Shown here in pieces: positions 1-12,700 of a stretch of DNA of 64,000 nt. Made by a program: the position numbers and the translations under genes. The stretch is from Pocillopora damicornis (Eukaryota): assembly GCF_003704095.1 (NCBI RefSeq), contig NW_020843655.1, positions 1-64,000 of the forward strand, written 5' to 3'. Numbering within the stretch: position 1 is the stretch's first letter; each line of letters starts with the position of its first letter. Under the pieces are notes generated by a model that was not told where the DNA came from, did no database searches, and saw only the letters and a list, made by a program, of their open reading frames with translations.

Positions 1-349
1 CTGAGGGGTCCTTTCAACCAATAGATAAGTTTAAAAACACTGAAGTATGAATAGATTAAGAAAGACTATAAATCTGTGCGTTAATTGTTATAACTCAAAA
101 CCTTACTTGTTAAATAATCATTTAAATAAAATAATTTAAACTCTTGTGGATGGCCCTTTTAAATTCGTGAAGCGTTTTGCAGTAAAGGTGAACCAGGGGC
201 CACATCCTTCCATCTCATGACTCAAAGGAATACGTTACTGAGAGGGAGAGTTAAGAGAAGAGAGGAATATTAAAGCTCCCGATCCCCTTAGTGTAACTGA
301 ACTATACGGCTTTAAAACAAAATTGGGTTCCTGAAACATCATTTAGAAT

Positions 350-590
350 TGAGTGCCCTGAGACCAAGAGAAAAAAAGAGAAAGAAAACAAATCAAAGAA
401 AATATCAGTCAATCAGTGCCAATGAGAGCTTGAAGTGATCTCGAGTGCTGGAAAATGTTAGTGAATAAGCCTCGATTGGTTCGACTCTTGAATCTGAATG
501 GTTGAGAAGGTGGTTTGAGTTTTTTTTCGACCAATCACGGGGTCAGGAAAAGCAAAACCGATACAAACCCGAAATTACTTTCGATTTCTC
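350..590 (+). mobile_element. CCAAT-rich non-autonomous TIR element (MITE-like), dispersed family
   Basis: Shares the ...gaaaa..gtga..aag..cgattggtt..tttgaatctgattggttgagaa..ccaatca..attactttcga core with copies at ~10490, 11710, 14125, 29235, 36851, 44280 and 55375. Confidence 0.6.
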
Positions 591-1154
591 AGCTCCGTAG
601 TCGTGTCACTGTAGATATTAAAGAAACACATGATATATAAACACATTGATTATTACAGCAAGCGGTCTGACTTGTTTATTGAGGAGGAAATACAGATTGA
701 TGTGCGTATGCCCAAGATGAGATTTTTGCCGGGTTAAATAACTGAGTGTAAAAACTTCAACAAATGAACTTTGAAAGATGCAATAAAACTTCATGGTGTA
801 CTTTGAAATCAGTCGAAGTTAAAAAGTGTGTTCGGTGTTATCCATAGGTTAATTGTATTTCTGAGATAGCTGAGATACGACGAAAACCCTAATTGGTCAA
901 GAACTCATCATTTATTGCACCAGTCAACTCGTAAAAAATTGAAATATTTTAAGTTTATTTCATAAAAGCAATAGACCGCTTTACCGGCATAATAACTCAC
1001 TTGGCAAAAACACGGAAAAGTTTGTAAATCACTCGCCAAAAAACAAGCGATTTACAACTGTTTCTCGCGCTTAATGAGGTAATCTTTACCCTTCCTTTTC
1101 ATTTCGATAGCACCCAAATCCAAACGATCCTGTTGTAACGTTTCAACGAGCAAA

Positions 1155-1750
1155 GAAAGACCTCTGTTATAGCTTCTCTTCCCACGCGATTAACGTGTCA
1201 AGGAGCACAGAGAGACCTCTGTTACAGTTTCCCTTCCCACGCGATTAACATGTCTAGGATTAGAAGAGACCTCTGTTATATCTTCTCTTCCCACGCGATT
1301 AACGTGTCTAAGAGCATAGAGACCCCTGTTACAGTTTCCCTTCCCACGCGATTAACATGTCTAGGATTACAGAGAGACCTCTGTTATAGCTTCTCTTCCC
1401 ACGCGATTAACGTGTCTAAGAGTACAGAGAGACCTCTGTTACAGTTCCCCTTCCCATGCTGTTAACGTGTCCAGGAGCACAGAGAGACCTCTGTCACAGC
1501 TCCCCTTTCCACGCTATTAACGCGTCTAGAAGCACAGAGAGACCTATGCTACAGCTCCCCTTCGCACGCGGTTAACGTGTCTAGGATCACAGAGAGACCT
1601 CTGCTATAGCTTCTCTTTCCACGCGGTTTACGTGTCTAGGAGTACAGGGAGAGCTCTGTTACAGGTTCCCTTCCCAAGCAGTTGACGTGTCTCGGAGCAT
1701 AGAGAGACCTCAGTTACAGCTCTCCTTCCCACGCAGTTAAAAACGCGTCC
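1155..1750. repeat. Tandem satellite, ~55-bp unit, 11 copies
   Basis: Unit approx. gagacctctgttayagyttcycttcccacgcgattaacgtgtctaggagcacaga. The GACC anchor (GAGC in the 1651 copy) recurs at 1159, 1214, 1268, 1321, 1376, 1431, 1486, 1541, 1596, 1651 and 1706, a spacing of 53-55 bp. Confidence 0.95.
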
Positions 1751-3027
1751 GCTGTGATACGTGACACAATTTTGAGAGAAGTCTGGGTCCAATCATTTTT
1801 ACCCAAAAACCCGCAGTGAAAATTTACAATTCCCAACCAAGGCTCAGACTGTCCCACTTACGACGACAAACCGTCATTTTTTTCGTTTCACACCTGATCA
1901 GCAAAGGAAATTGAAATCGTACGCTTTACTTTTCTTACCTTCAAGTGTTAGAATTTCAACAGTTTTATGTTCTGGTATTGAAATAGTAATGGTAACTCTA
2001 ATGCTTTTCACGCGTACAGGTAAAAATTCCATCTGAACGTTTTCATATATTCTATAAATACCGATACATTAAAGCAGAAGCATGTAATCTTTTACTCGCA
2101 TATTTCTAAAATTTGTTGTCTCCCCACCAAAGATTTCTCACTCAATCGCCATTTGTACTTTTCTTTTCTTTTAGGCGTGATACCTATGTTATATATAAAT
2201 TAAATACCGATCTTCTTCTTTACTAACGCATCCTCGTACGCCTTACGGACCTATTCTGCCGTAAGAAATTTCGATTATGTTTACACCACGAAAATTTTGT
2301 TTTGGCTGATGAGCGCTGACTTCATTTGTATCTGGTGAAGTAAGTCGAGTCAAACTAAAACTTGTACCGTCAACAGTCTCAAATTTGCCTTTGCAAGGTA
2401 TGAGGAAATAATTTTTTTTCTACGTAGAGTGATATAAAGTAGCTGTTCATCGTTTAGAGATACTTTATCTTAAACGAAATAAGTTGTCTCTAAACCAATG
2501 TTTACTTCAGTAGTGACAAACATGTTTGCAACACTCGTTTTTCAAAGGCACCTGGAAGCGCATGCAGGCGTATTTTTCATTACTTCCATGCCAAAACATT
2601 GGGGTATAAAGGGTTAGAAACAGCGCATAGGAATGTTAACAACAGTATTTCCTTATTCTCAGCGAAGCTCAATGTCTCGATACTAGGTGTCATCTTGGAA
2701 ATCAAAGTAAACTCAATTTTTCAGGCCCTGTTTCACCTGTGATTATATTCTCAAATCTTTGCAGGGAGATGAGCTGTGTACACATATTATTTTCCCGTCA
2801 GTTGACTTTCAAATTTCAGTCCCCTTACCACCCGAGTATTGGGCGAGACTTCTGTTTAGAGGGAATTAGATTAAAATAATGGGGTAATTTAATGTCATCA
2901 ACTAAGTTGATTTAAGATGATGGGGAGCAACTACACAATACAGAGCCACTTTTGTAGGAGCATCTACATGAAACTAGTGGCTTGTTTGGCTTGTTTGGTT
3001 CATTTGGCTCGGCAGTGGTCTTTTCTG

Positions 3028-3233
3028 TTAATCCTTTAACTCCCAAGATTTCATGAGTAAATCTCCTTACTGTCTGCCATGCAATTTATGCGATGTTAGC
3101 TTGGAGAATTTGGAATTGGATCAACCAATAATCCCCTAATTGATATTTTTCTTTATTTTCCTTACTTGTCTGATTGATATCGTACTGATAATGTAAGGAG
3201 AAATTCTGTCTTGGTTTCTAGGGTCAACAAAGG
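3028..3233 (+). mobile_element. TTAA-flanked piggyBac-like MITE (subfamily B)
   Basis: Starts ttaatcctttaactcccaag. The body matches 48240-48451 and the reverse complement of 24285-24504. Confidence 0.7.
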
Positions 3234-3444
3234 AGCAAATGAGCTAAACGAGCGGGCTCGTTTGGTAGATGGTTAAAAGAAGCTCTGTATTCTGTAGTTT
3301 AGCCAGTAGTGGAAATGATAAATTCCAAGCTTCAATGTGCCAAATTTTCCACATCATGCTTATTGTTCATTGTGCTGAAGACATTTTTCCAGGTCTGATC
3401 ATATGAATGTGTTCCCAAATGAAGCAGTAGTTTTGGAAAAAGGG

Positions 3445-3585
3445 GGCAAATTTATTGAGGAACTGTGGTGCTGCATTAGTGGGAGAGTATAACAGGGTAA
3501 TTTAGTATTATCAACTGAGTTGATAACGTGAATTGGCCACTGTAAAGAGTTTTCAAGTGTTTTGAAACTCAGTAGTTTCAAAACC
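3445..3585 (-). repeat. Penelope-like palindrome family fragment
   Basis: The core tatcaactgagttgataacgtgaattggccac..aaagagttt is shared with 5380-5500, 44505-44712 and 46084-46245. Confidence 0.65.
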
Positions 3586-3724
3586 TAAGTGTGTCAAATA
3601 GCTTTCTTGCCCTTCCTTATTCAGCTATGAAATAAGTAAGAGGAATAGCGTAGTCCTTTCTTGATATTGCTTGATATTGTATTGATATTGAATGGAAAAA
3701 TTTGGTCTTGGTCACTCACAGTAG

Positions 3725-3939
3725 TTAACCCTTTATACCCTAACATCAGTATTCATATTCTCCATACGGTTCTCTGTACATTTACTAAGGCACTGACAAG
3801 GAGAATTTTTCCAACAATCAAGAGTTTCTTTAGTAGGGGATCATTTCCTTAATTCCCACATGACGTTAATGTTTGATTCAGTGGTGATGTTGTAAGGAGA
3901 AATTAGATGCTGGTCACTCTTAGGGGTTAAAAGGTGATA
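3725..3939 (+). mobile_element. TTAA-flanked piggyBac-like MITE (subfamily A)
   Basis: ttaaccctttataccctaacatcagt...cactcttaggggttaaaagg; same body as 8197, 21490 (rev), 55460 and 63205. Confidence 0.75.
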
Positions 3940-4089
3940 GGGTTGATGGGTAGACAAGCTTATGATTTCCAAGTGGCCTAATATTCCTAATTGGCTCATG
4001 GCATGGAAAACTGGATAAGTTTTAGCTGGATTGGCCAATTGGCATTGAATTGTCTAACCACATAACTATTGATGTGCTCATCATCAGGT

Positions 4090-6051
4090 ATGGACCTGTT
4101 TAACACTGGAGATCAGCTGCCAAAGTTTTCTGAGCCTTGGAATTTTAGTGACGCTGTATTGGTGGTAGAGGACAAGCGATTTCATGTGCACAGATCCATT
4201 CTGGCTATCAGCTCACCTGTGTTCAACACAATGTTCCAGTCAGGCTTTAAAGAAGCCACATCAACTGAAATTCCCCTCCCTGGGAAGAAGGCAGAAAAAA
4301 TTTATGAATTACTGTGTATGATATATCCATTCCCTCTACAGATTTCTGGTAAGCCCTTCTTAGTTTTCTCTTATTTTCAGAATATTTTGTGGATGTATGA
4401 CAGTGCAATTTGCATTTAAGCTTGAAGCATTTCTTTATGTGTAGAAAGGGCAGTAGAGAACTGAAGCAATGAAATTTATTTGCACAGATTTTATTTGAAT
4501 GTGTTCCTTCATTCTTTTTTGAAAAGCACCAATTAGTATTACTCTATACCCATCTTAAATTGCATAATGATATGGCAAAGTAGTTCCTAGGTAAATCTGA
4601 GCTCTCTGATTGGTCCTTAGTCTGTCAACATTTTGCTGTGCAGACCATTTCCATGGAAATGGTCATAAGCCATGTATTTCTGTTTGCTTAATCTGGCAAA
4701 TTCAAAATAAACAAGTTTGGTTCATGTGCTATATAATAAACTTACTAACCTCACATGCTCAAGCTGCTCTCTCTACTCTCCATGCCTTGTTGTCACCTGT
4801 CTACTTAATGCATTCTTCCTTTCCCTTTTTCCCTTCTGCTTTCCATTTAGAAAATCCTTACAGACACAAGGATAAGGTGACAAATGTTTCAGATAACACA
4901 ACACTAAGATTTACGTAGGAATGCAATAAACTATCAGGATGGAATGTAAATTGAATTGCTTTTGATAATGGGGTGGATTATTCTCATGCATGGGCTGCAC
5001 ACTGAAGGTTGTTGTCCTGGGAAGTTTAAACCACTGAATGCCTTTTTAACTTTCTGAATCAATTGGGAGGCATGCAATTAGTAAGGTACTTTTAGGGGCT
5101 TTAGGAGGGAGGGAGGGGTGCTTAAATTGAAATTTTCTGTATTTCAAGCAAATGTGAATGATTCACTCATGTTTATAATTATTTAAACCAAGGTCATTAG
5201 ACCCTTGTAATGATTACTCTTGTAANNNNNNNNNNNNNNNNNNNNNNNNNNNNNNNNNNNNNNNNNNNNNNNNNNNNNNNNNNNNNNNNNNNNNNNNNNN
5301 NNNNNNNNNNNNNNNNNNNNNNNNNTTTTTCAATTTTTCCGTAACAGTAGACATTGCTCTATAGCTGAGTGAAGGAGTAAGTCACTAAAGAAACTATGGT
5401 GCTGCGTCAGTGGGAGGGTATAACAAGATAATTTAGTTGTATCAACTGAGTTGATAATGTAAATTGGCCACCATGAAGAGTATCTAAGAAACTCACAGAA
5501 GTTTTTTCGTAAAGTCAACTTTGTATATTAAATACATTATTTCAGATCAGCACGATGTAAGAAGCCTTTTGGAGTTGTCCCGAGAATACCAGATAAGTAA
5601 ACTAACTTCTCGCTGCGAGGAGCGTCTCTTACAGAAACAAAGCTCTGTTGAGCTGGTGATCCTGGCGCAGGAATTCTCGCTGAAGCGGCTGCTTGAAAAA
5701 TGCTTGGCCTCCCTCGCAAGAATGAACTTTCAAGAGCTCAAGAACTGTCCAAATTTCGACAACATAGAAGCGGAGAATCTAGTTTGCCTCTTAAATAATC
5801 ATCTTCGCTGGCTTAAGGAACAGCATGCCCGTGAAATTAGGCAACTGAGGGAACAATTTTTGAAAGAGAAAGGCCGAGCCCTGGAGATCGCTAACGAGCT
5901 GAACAGTTGTTGGGGATATAACAAACTGCCAATCAGAGGTTGCGCATGCGCATCGTATACCAAGTCATGTGACAACTGTTGCACAGTCTTAGAAAAATTT
6001 GTCAAGACAAAATGCGGCGAACTTATCGAGGCATTGCAACAGAACGTGTAG
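4090..6051 (+). CDS. BTB/POZ domain protein, ~254 aa, with BACK-like helices, a coiled coil and a Cys-rich C-terminus; exons 4090-4348 and 5546-6051
   Basis: Exon 1 has the BTB signature FSDAVLVVEDKRFHVHRSILAISSPVFNTMFQSGFKEA. Donor G|gtaag at 4348/4349 (phase 1) fits acceptor ttcag|AT at 5545/5546, giving 765 nt in frame to TAG. A cag acceptor at 4085-4087 suggests a further upstream exon. The intron contains an N gap. Confidence 0.88.
5226..5325. other. Assembly gap (100 N)
   Basis: Run of N. Confidence 1.
5380..5500 (-). repeat. Penelope-like palindrome family fragment in the BTB intron
   Basis: gtgctgcgtcagtgggaggg..tatcaactgagttgataatgtaaattggccacc matches 3445-3585. Confidence 0.65.
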
Positions 6052-6337
6052 ATTGAGGAAGTTATTGTGGAACTCGAAGCTTTTTTGGCTTTGATAACGG
6101 CTCTCTCTTCATACGGGACGACTGGATGTAACAGGGGCTCGAAGGATACCATCTATAGGTGGGCCTGAAGAAACGAATTTTGAAGAGAAGAGGCCCCATG
6201 GCAGATGAGATTGTGGTTTATTCTGATACAGGGCCGAAGGGAGGTCCGGAGGCATCCTTCCGCGCAAAATTTAAAAATTTAAACACGCTTCTGTGCTATT
6301 TGGTTCATTTCGGATCGCATTTCATGGAAAAGTTTTT

Positions 6338-6437
6338 NNNNNNNNNNNNNNNNNNNNNNNNNNNNNNNNNNNNNNNNNNNNNNNNNNNNNNNNNNNNNNN
6401 NNNNNNNNNNNNNNNNNNNNNNNNNNNNNNNNNNNNN
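6338..6437. other. Assembly gap (100 N)
   Basis: Run of N. Confidence 1.
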
Positions 6438-6796
6438 GCAAAAAAGCTCAAATTGTACTCTAATTAACCCAATCTGTGTTTACCTTTACTTACATCATTT
6501 AAAAATAAACTTTTTAAGTATTAAAAGCGGTGTGTTATATAATTGTTTCAGTTACTTGTCAAAAAACCCTTTTTATCGTTCCTTATTTGAAGGAAGGGCA
6601 GGTTAAGGCATTTTAAGTTGTCTTTTACATATCTTTTTTAAATTTCCTATTGTGTTCCCTTTTAACGTGTCATCAGTTTTCTTTTACTGTCCAAAATAGA
6701 TTATTTTAGATTACAGCATATCAATATTGCTTAGCGATTGTTCGGTTGTGATCTTATCTGTGAACTAGCGGAAGCTGAGAGGGCAGTGAATATTTA

Positions 6797-9700
6797 ATGA
6801 TCCAGGTGACAGCTGCAAAGATTGGATTTCCATATTGTAGCCGAAGTACAAACACGATCCCAACAGCCGAGGATAATTCGAGATTGTGCCAACTGGATTT
6901 GAGGTAAGGATCTGTAATTTTTAGTTTCTGTGTGTTGAGAATTTTACGGAGAAACACTTTTGATGCGAGGAATATTGCAGATCACGCTATTGAAATCGTG
7001 GGAAGCTTTGTTTTTTCTGCGATTAATTTCGGTTGATTTCTACCAAAGTCCTTGATCATTTACATCGTAATTCTATGGAAATTCGATCGATTCTCAGTAG
7101 CAATTCCTCTCCTTGAGAATATCTGGCGTTATCATCGATTCAAGACTGTGCAGTTCTTCGGAGAAACACTAAAATAAAGCGTGTTTCGCCTACAGAAGTT
7201 CACAGTGCAGTCTTCGAAATCGATGTAAATGTCATATGAAGTTTTACTTGGGTGTGATCGGTGATCAAAACGAAGGCTGACTTACGATGAATTTCGTTTG
7301 GAATGATCTTCAAGTTTTTCTCTTTTTTACCGTAAACGAAATTTTCAAATGACTCCGACATAACTTCAAGTTCTCAGCAAAATAATTTGCCCCTCTAAAT
7401 TTCGGTTATGATGTAGTTTATCGTTTGGTGTAAAGTTTTGCATAATACGAAGTCTGATATTACCATCTCGAGGAGTATGCGATATAAATGTTTTTTTAAT
7501 ATTTTATGGGGTTCACGAAGTAACACGAATATATTTCATTACATCGAAATGCATGGAAAAATTTGAAAACGGAACAAGCATATTTAAGAACATCCAGGCC
7601 AGTTGACGCCCAGATTTTTTGCGTTGTGTATTTCTATCAAGTACTTAGGCTGAGTGTGTTGTCTCGCCCGCACGCTGAAACATGAAAACATTTGGTTACT
7701 TAATTAAGTATTGAATGGAAATATCTTTGCTTTGTTGTGGAAGAAACAAATTTTTCACACGGAATCAGTCTGTAGTTGCTGTAGTCAAAATAAGTTATGA
7801 AGGTATGAAACACTGAATCGGTGTAGATATTTGCTCTTTTTTTCCTTGAATTAAAATGCAAATTCTGTCAGTGATAGACCCTTCAAAAGACGGAAAAATT
7901 ACTAAATTGAGAGGAACAGTTGTTTTCAAATTGCGAAACTTTCAGTTTATTATCTGTCTTTAAGGAGGGATAGGCACTGTATCTTTTTCTTAGACAATGG
8001 CAAAATTTGTCGATAATGAGTTAGAGTTAGTAAATGAAACAATTTGGTCGGCTCCGCCTTGAAAATGATCTAACTTACACATAGACTAATTTGAATATAT
8101 TGAGTAACACCCGCATATGTTTGTCTGGTGTGCTCAAGTGTTATGAAAGCCTTTAGAGTGGTTATAATGGAGTCGACGTTAACATGTTAGAGTGTCTTAG
8201 CGCTTCACACCTTAACATCAGTATGCTTATTCTCCATACTGTTCTTTATGCATTTCCTATGGTGCTGAAGAGGAGAATTTGTTTAACAATCAAGAGCTTC
8301 TTAAGATGATGATCACCACTTTAATTCTCATGACTTTTGCGTTTGGTTCAGCGGTGAGGTTGTAAGGAGAAATTAAATTAAGAGCTTGTCACTCTCAGGG
8401 GTGAAAGAGCTAAGCCGACAGAGCGGTTGTAATGAACACGGCGTTTATATGATGCACTGTATGATTCACTGTATGATTCACAGGGGGACCACCCTTTTTA
8501 ATGCATACCTTCGCATGACACGGTTGTCAACACCAGTTGCTGTTTAAATTTTGTTTAAAATTGCAACCACTGCATTGAAATGGGACGAAGCGTTCATTTT
8601 AATGAACATTTTCCAATTTGGAACACAAAGCATTTCCTTTCGTGTCCCTGACAGTCGGGGTGATCTTGAGAATATTACAGAGCCTCATGGGGGGATCAGG
8701 TAAATTTTACATGACACAACCAAAATCCTTTGACCCACTCCCCCCTCCCCTTTCCGTCGTTAAATAATGGCTAGTTCCTTATTCAACATAATCATTTGGA
8801 GTTTGTATTCACATACTATTATCAAATATCTTTTATGATTTCCTAATGTCAAAGGAGTTTGGTTGCTATACTTTGAATCAGTAATTTTAGCACTAAAAAC
8901 GCTTTTTTATGATGTTCATTTTAGTTCCCCCGAGCCGGCTATGGATGTAAAGGACATTTTATTATGGCGAGATGTCAAAGTGACTGCAATTGTATTTGTC
9001 AGCGGGTTTGTCCTCCTGATCTGCATGACACAGTTTAGTGTGGTCAGCGTTCTTACCAACATAGCACTGGTTTGCCTCGCTCCCATGCTCGCCTTGCGAC
9101 TGCTGATGACTGCAAGATCTGCATTTCTCAGAAGTGAATTTGAGCATCCTCTCAAGTAAGAAATTATGTTTAGTCTGTAATGCTGTAGCTGGTGGAGAAT
9201 AAGAGCTGGGAACACGTGATTGCATGCGCAAGGAGATAAATTTTGGGCGACCATGTGTTACTTTCCCGCGCCAAATTTAACAGAAGAACATTTTTGCTGT
9301 CACGAAAGCTATGCGAAAAGAAAAACTTGAAACGTGTATAGAAATCTGTAAAAGCAAAGAAAAGTAGGGAAAATGAAAACACGAGAATTTTCGCAGACAA
9401 ATCTTATCTAATTACGGACTTCCAGCTGATTAACCCTAATGTTTTGAGGATTATCAAAAAAAGTTATACGTATTTCAAACATTGCGACTTGCTTGCTTGT
9501 ATAGTTTTTTATAACTCTTTGCCTATACAACGTTCGCACGTGCGCTTGTACCTTTGCAGCCTGTTATGCCTGCAAATTATATATTTAGGCACGAGAGAAG
9601 TCGCGTCTGATTAAAACGCTTCCCAATTCCTACCCTTAGCTTCAAAGTGTGTGCAAACAGTGAACATACCATTTTCCGAGATAAAGTACTCAATGCTTTA

Positions 9701-12700
9701 CTGAAAACCACATTGGCGAGTTGGGTTCCTTCATTAAATATAATTATAATTATCATGAAAGCATTAGCAAGACAAAAATTTTAATCCTAAGCTTCTACGC
9801 CAATTTTCCATCTTAGGGCGTATTTATCTAGGGACATAGAAGTTTCCAAAGATAAGGCAAGTACACCTGGCACAATGTGCTGGATAAAGTATTACATCTT
9901 AAGAAATCAAACTAATGTTACTTCTGAAGGCTGACCCATTAGGATTGATTTGCTTCGAATTTCTCCTCACAATGTCACCTGTGAATCACACATTAAGGTC
10001 ATGAGAATAAAGGAAATGATAACCAACTTAAGAAGCCCCTGATTATCAAGCAAATTCTCTTGTCAGTAGCAAAGGAAATGTAAGGAGAACAGTGAGGAGA
10101 AGATGAATTCCAATATTAGGGTAGAAAGTGTTAGTAAGAAGGAACGCAGTTGCTTGGAGAGGGTGGAGATTGCAAAGTCACTAAATTTCAGAATCATAAA
10201 GTTAATTCTCTTTTTCCAAATTTCTCCTTATAAGGCGGATCTTGTCGGTGAGAAAGTTTCTGGGTTTGCTGTAGCCATGACGACAAAGCTAAGAGCACTC
10301 TTTTTAGTGGATGATCTGCCAGCTTCACTGAAGGTTTGTATTCACTTTTGTAGAACGAGTATCGGTTGAGAGTCTTGAGACAAAAAAATAGGAGTGATGA
10401 TAGCAATTCCGAACATAACCTCTAGTTCTGAGAGCACCTCAATCTGTCACCGTCATGCAAGACAATATACAGTATGCTAGCCGATCAGAGCAGAAATATG
10501 ATATCACGGGGAGCTTATTAGAAAGGAAAACGGGCAAACTGCCCAAGCATTTACACGAGCGTTTCATAGCCCGCGAGAAAGGCGGTAAGTGGTCTACTAG
10601 GTTTCTGGTACTAGCATTGTTAGCGGGTAGAAAAACGCGTGCGTTCTGCAGCGCTTATAAGAGGGCCTGCGTGCAGTATAGGAAACTGCTTCGAGCGCGG
10701 GAAAACTCGAGTGACGAGAACGCGGTTGGGTTTGGCTTTGCATTTGATTGTTTGAGAATTTGCAGACTACTGTCGATACTCGATCAGTTAAAAATTGCTC
10801 TGTAGTGCACAAGTAGAGGCTTTGTTAAATATTTTCTAGATTTTTTTTGGTATTTAGCTCATACGGAAAGTACCGCTTACGTGTACTGCAGCACATACAA
10901 GAGCGTCAAGCGCGTGTAATTCGTAGGGATTACACGCGCTTCCGGTGCGTTTAGTTACGCGTGTGCAGTAGAAAAATTGCACATCTGCAATGGTTGATAC
11001 GCAAATGCGTGTATTTCAATTCATCTTTTGTCATCCTCTACACGCATGTGCGTGTACTCTTTCACACAGATGCGATCACTGTGGAAATTTGTATTTCACT
11101 CGACTTAAGAGTTGCTTGAGGTTGATCATTCTGGGCAAGCTAATATGGAGTTCAGTTCAAAGTTCCCTGTTGGTACTTGACGTATGACTCCCTTGGAATA
11201 AGCTGAACATAAAATGACAAATTTTTTCTTTCAATTTCTTAGCTGCTAGTAGCCTTGTATGTTCTCTCTTACGTGGCTCAGTGGTTCAGTGGAATTACTT
11301 TGACATTCATGGGTAAGTTCAAAGACTTAATTTCTCCCAGTTAGGTTGACTGAAATCCTTCCTGGGAAAAATATGAAGACAGCATACGAATCACTTATTG
11401 TTAGATTACCAACTACGAAGGTTTCAGTATGAAAGCTAAACAAGAATTAGCTCTCTACCAGGCCCCTATTATTAGCGCTGCAGGACGCGCGTTTCTCCTC
11501 TCGCGGAAGACTTGAGATGAGTCAGGGATAGGTTTGCGGGGAGTCGTGCATTATTGATTAGCGATAGACCACTTGCAGACCTCTTGCCCTCATATTTTCC
11601 CGAGGGCCAGAAAAAGGGTTTTACCAAAGTGCTAATAACAGATGCCTGCTTGCAAGCTAGACAAGGGTCAGCATTTTCATTCCCGAAGGACTTTCATGTT
11701 TGCGGAGCGTATTTTGATAAAGTATCATGAAACCAGAGCAAGAGGAATACCATTGGCCAATCAGAGCATAAGGTGAAAAAGAAAAACTCTGGGTAAACGT
11801 GCAGAGCTGCCATCAAGCGCGCGAAAGCACGAGTGACTATCATAAATCGAAATTGGGTTGGATGCTAGACCAATGCTAAATGCTGGATGCTAAATGCTAG
11901 ACCAATCAGAATAGGAAGTAAAACAGAATAAGTAAAATCCCACATACCTCATCAAAACTCGAATAAAATTTCTGTAACTTACATCGTTTTGTTTTGTAGC
12001 ATTTATTGGAGCCTTTACAATTCCAAAGATTTACGACATGTACGAAGTAAGTATCAAATATATACTTCAGTTTATAATGTGAGCAATCCCTCCTTTCCGG
12101 CAAAGTCCGTCGCGCGAGTTAAATAAATATTAAAAACAAAAGCCGCAAAAAAAAAAAAAATTCGTTTACGTGCGCGTCGCTCTCAGAGTGCTGCGCGGAA
12201 TGCGAAAATAATTTTTTTTGGAGTTATATATTTACTTGCGCGACAGACTTCGCCAAAAAGGAGGGACTACTCATGATTCAGCTTCTATATTATGACAAGA
12301 GATTATAATCACTTAATATTGATGAAATCTTTATTTCGTTTCTTTACATAATTGCAATATCAGGCGTAAAGAAACACAATATTTGAATTCAAATTCCGAT
12401 ATGAGTCAAATATATTCCAAAAAAACTAGTTTGACCTTGTTTTAACCTTGAGTTATATTTAGGCGCTTGCCAGATTAAGGAATTTTTTTAGCGGTATGAA
12501 GAATCTTTTCAGTCCTGAGAGAAAAGTATGAATTAGATTTTTAAGTGTCTTCTATCAATTTCATTCTATTTTTTTAGACGGAGATCAATTCGTGCTTGGG
12601 TAAAATCAAAAGTGCTGTAGAAGACGCAACAGGAAAGTAAGTAAAATTAACGCAAATTGAAAAAGGGTGATGATTTTAAGCTCTGCCCGAAACTCGAGCA

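Noticed and set aside
1155-1750. Possible CRISPR array (regular spacing, hairpin repeats) and ORF 1250-1465
   Set aside because: The whole unit repeats with no unique spacers, there are no cas genes, and the context is eukaryotic. The ORF is simply the translated repeat.
6159-6467. ORF spanning an N gap (also 29741-29944)
   Set aside because: Artefact of translating through Ns.
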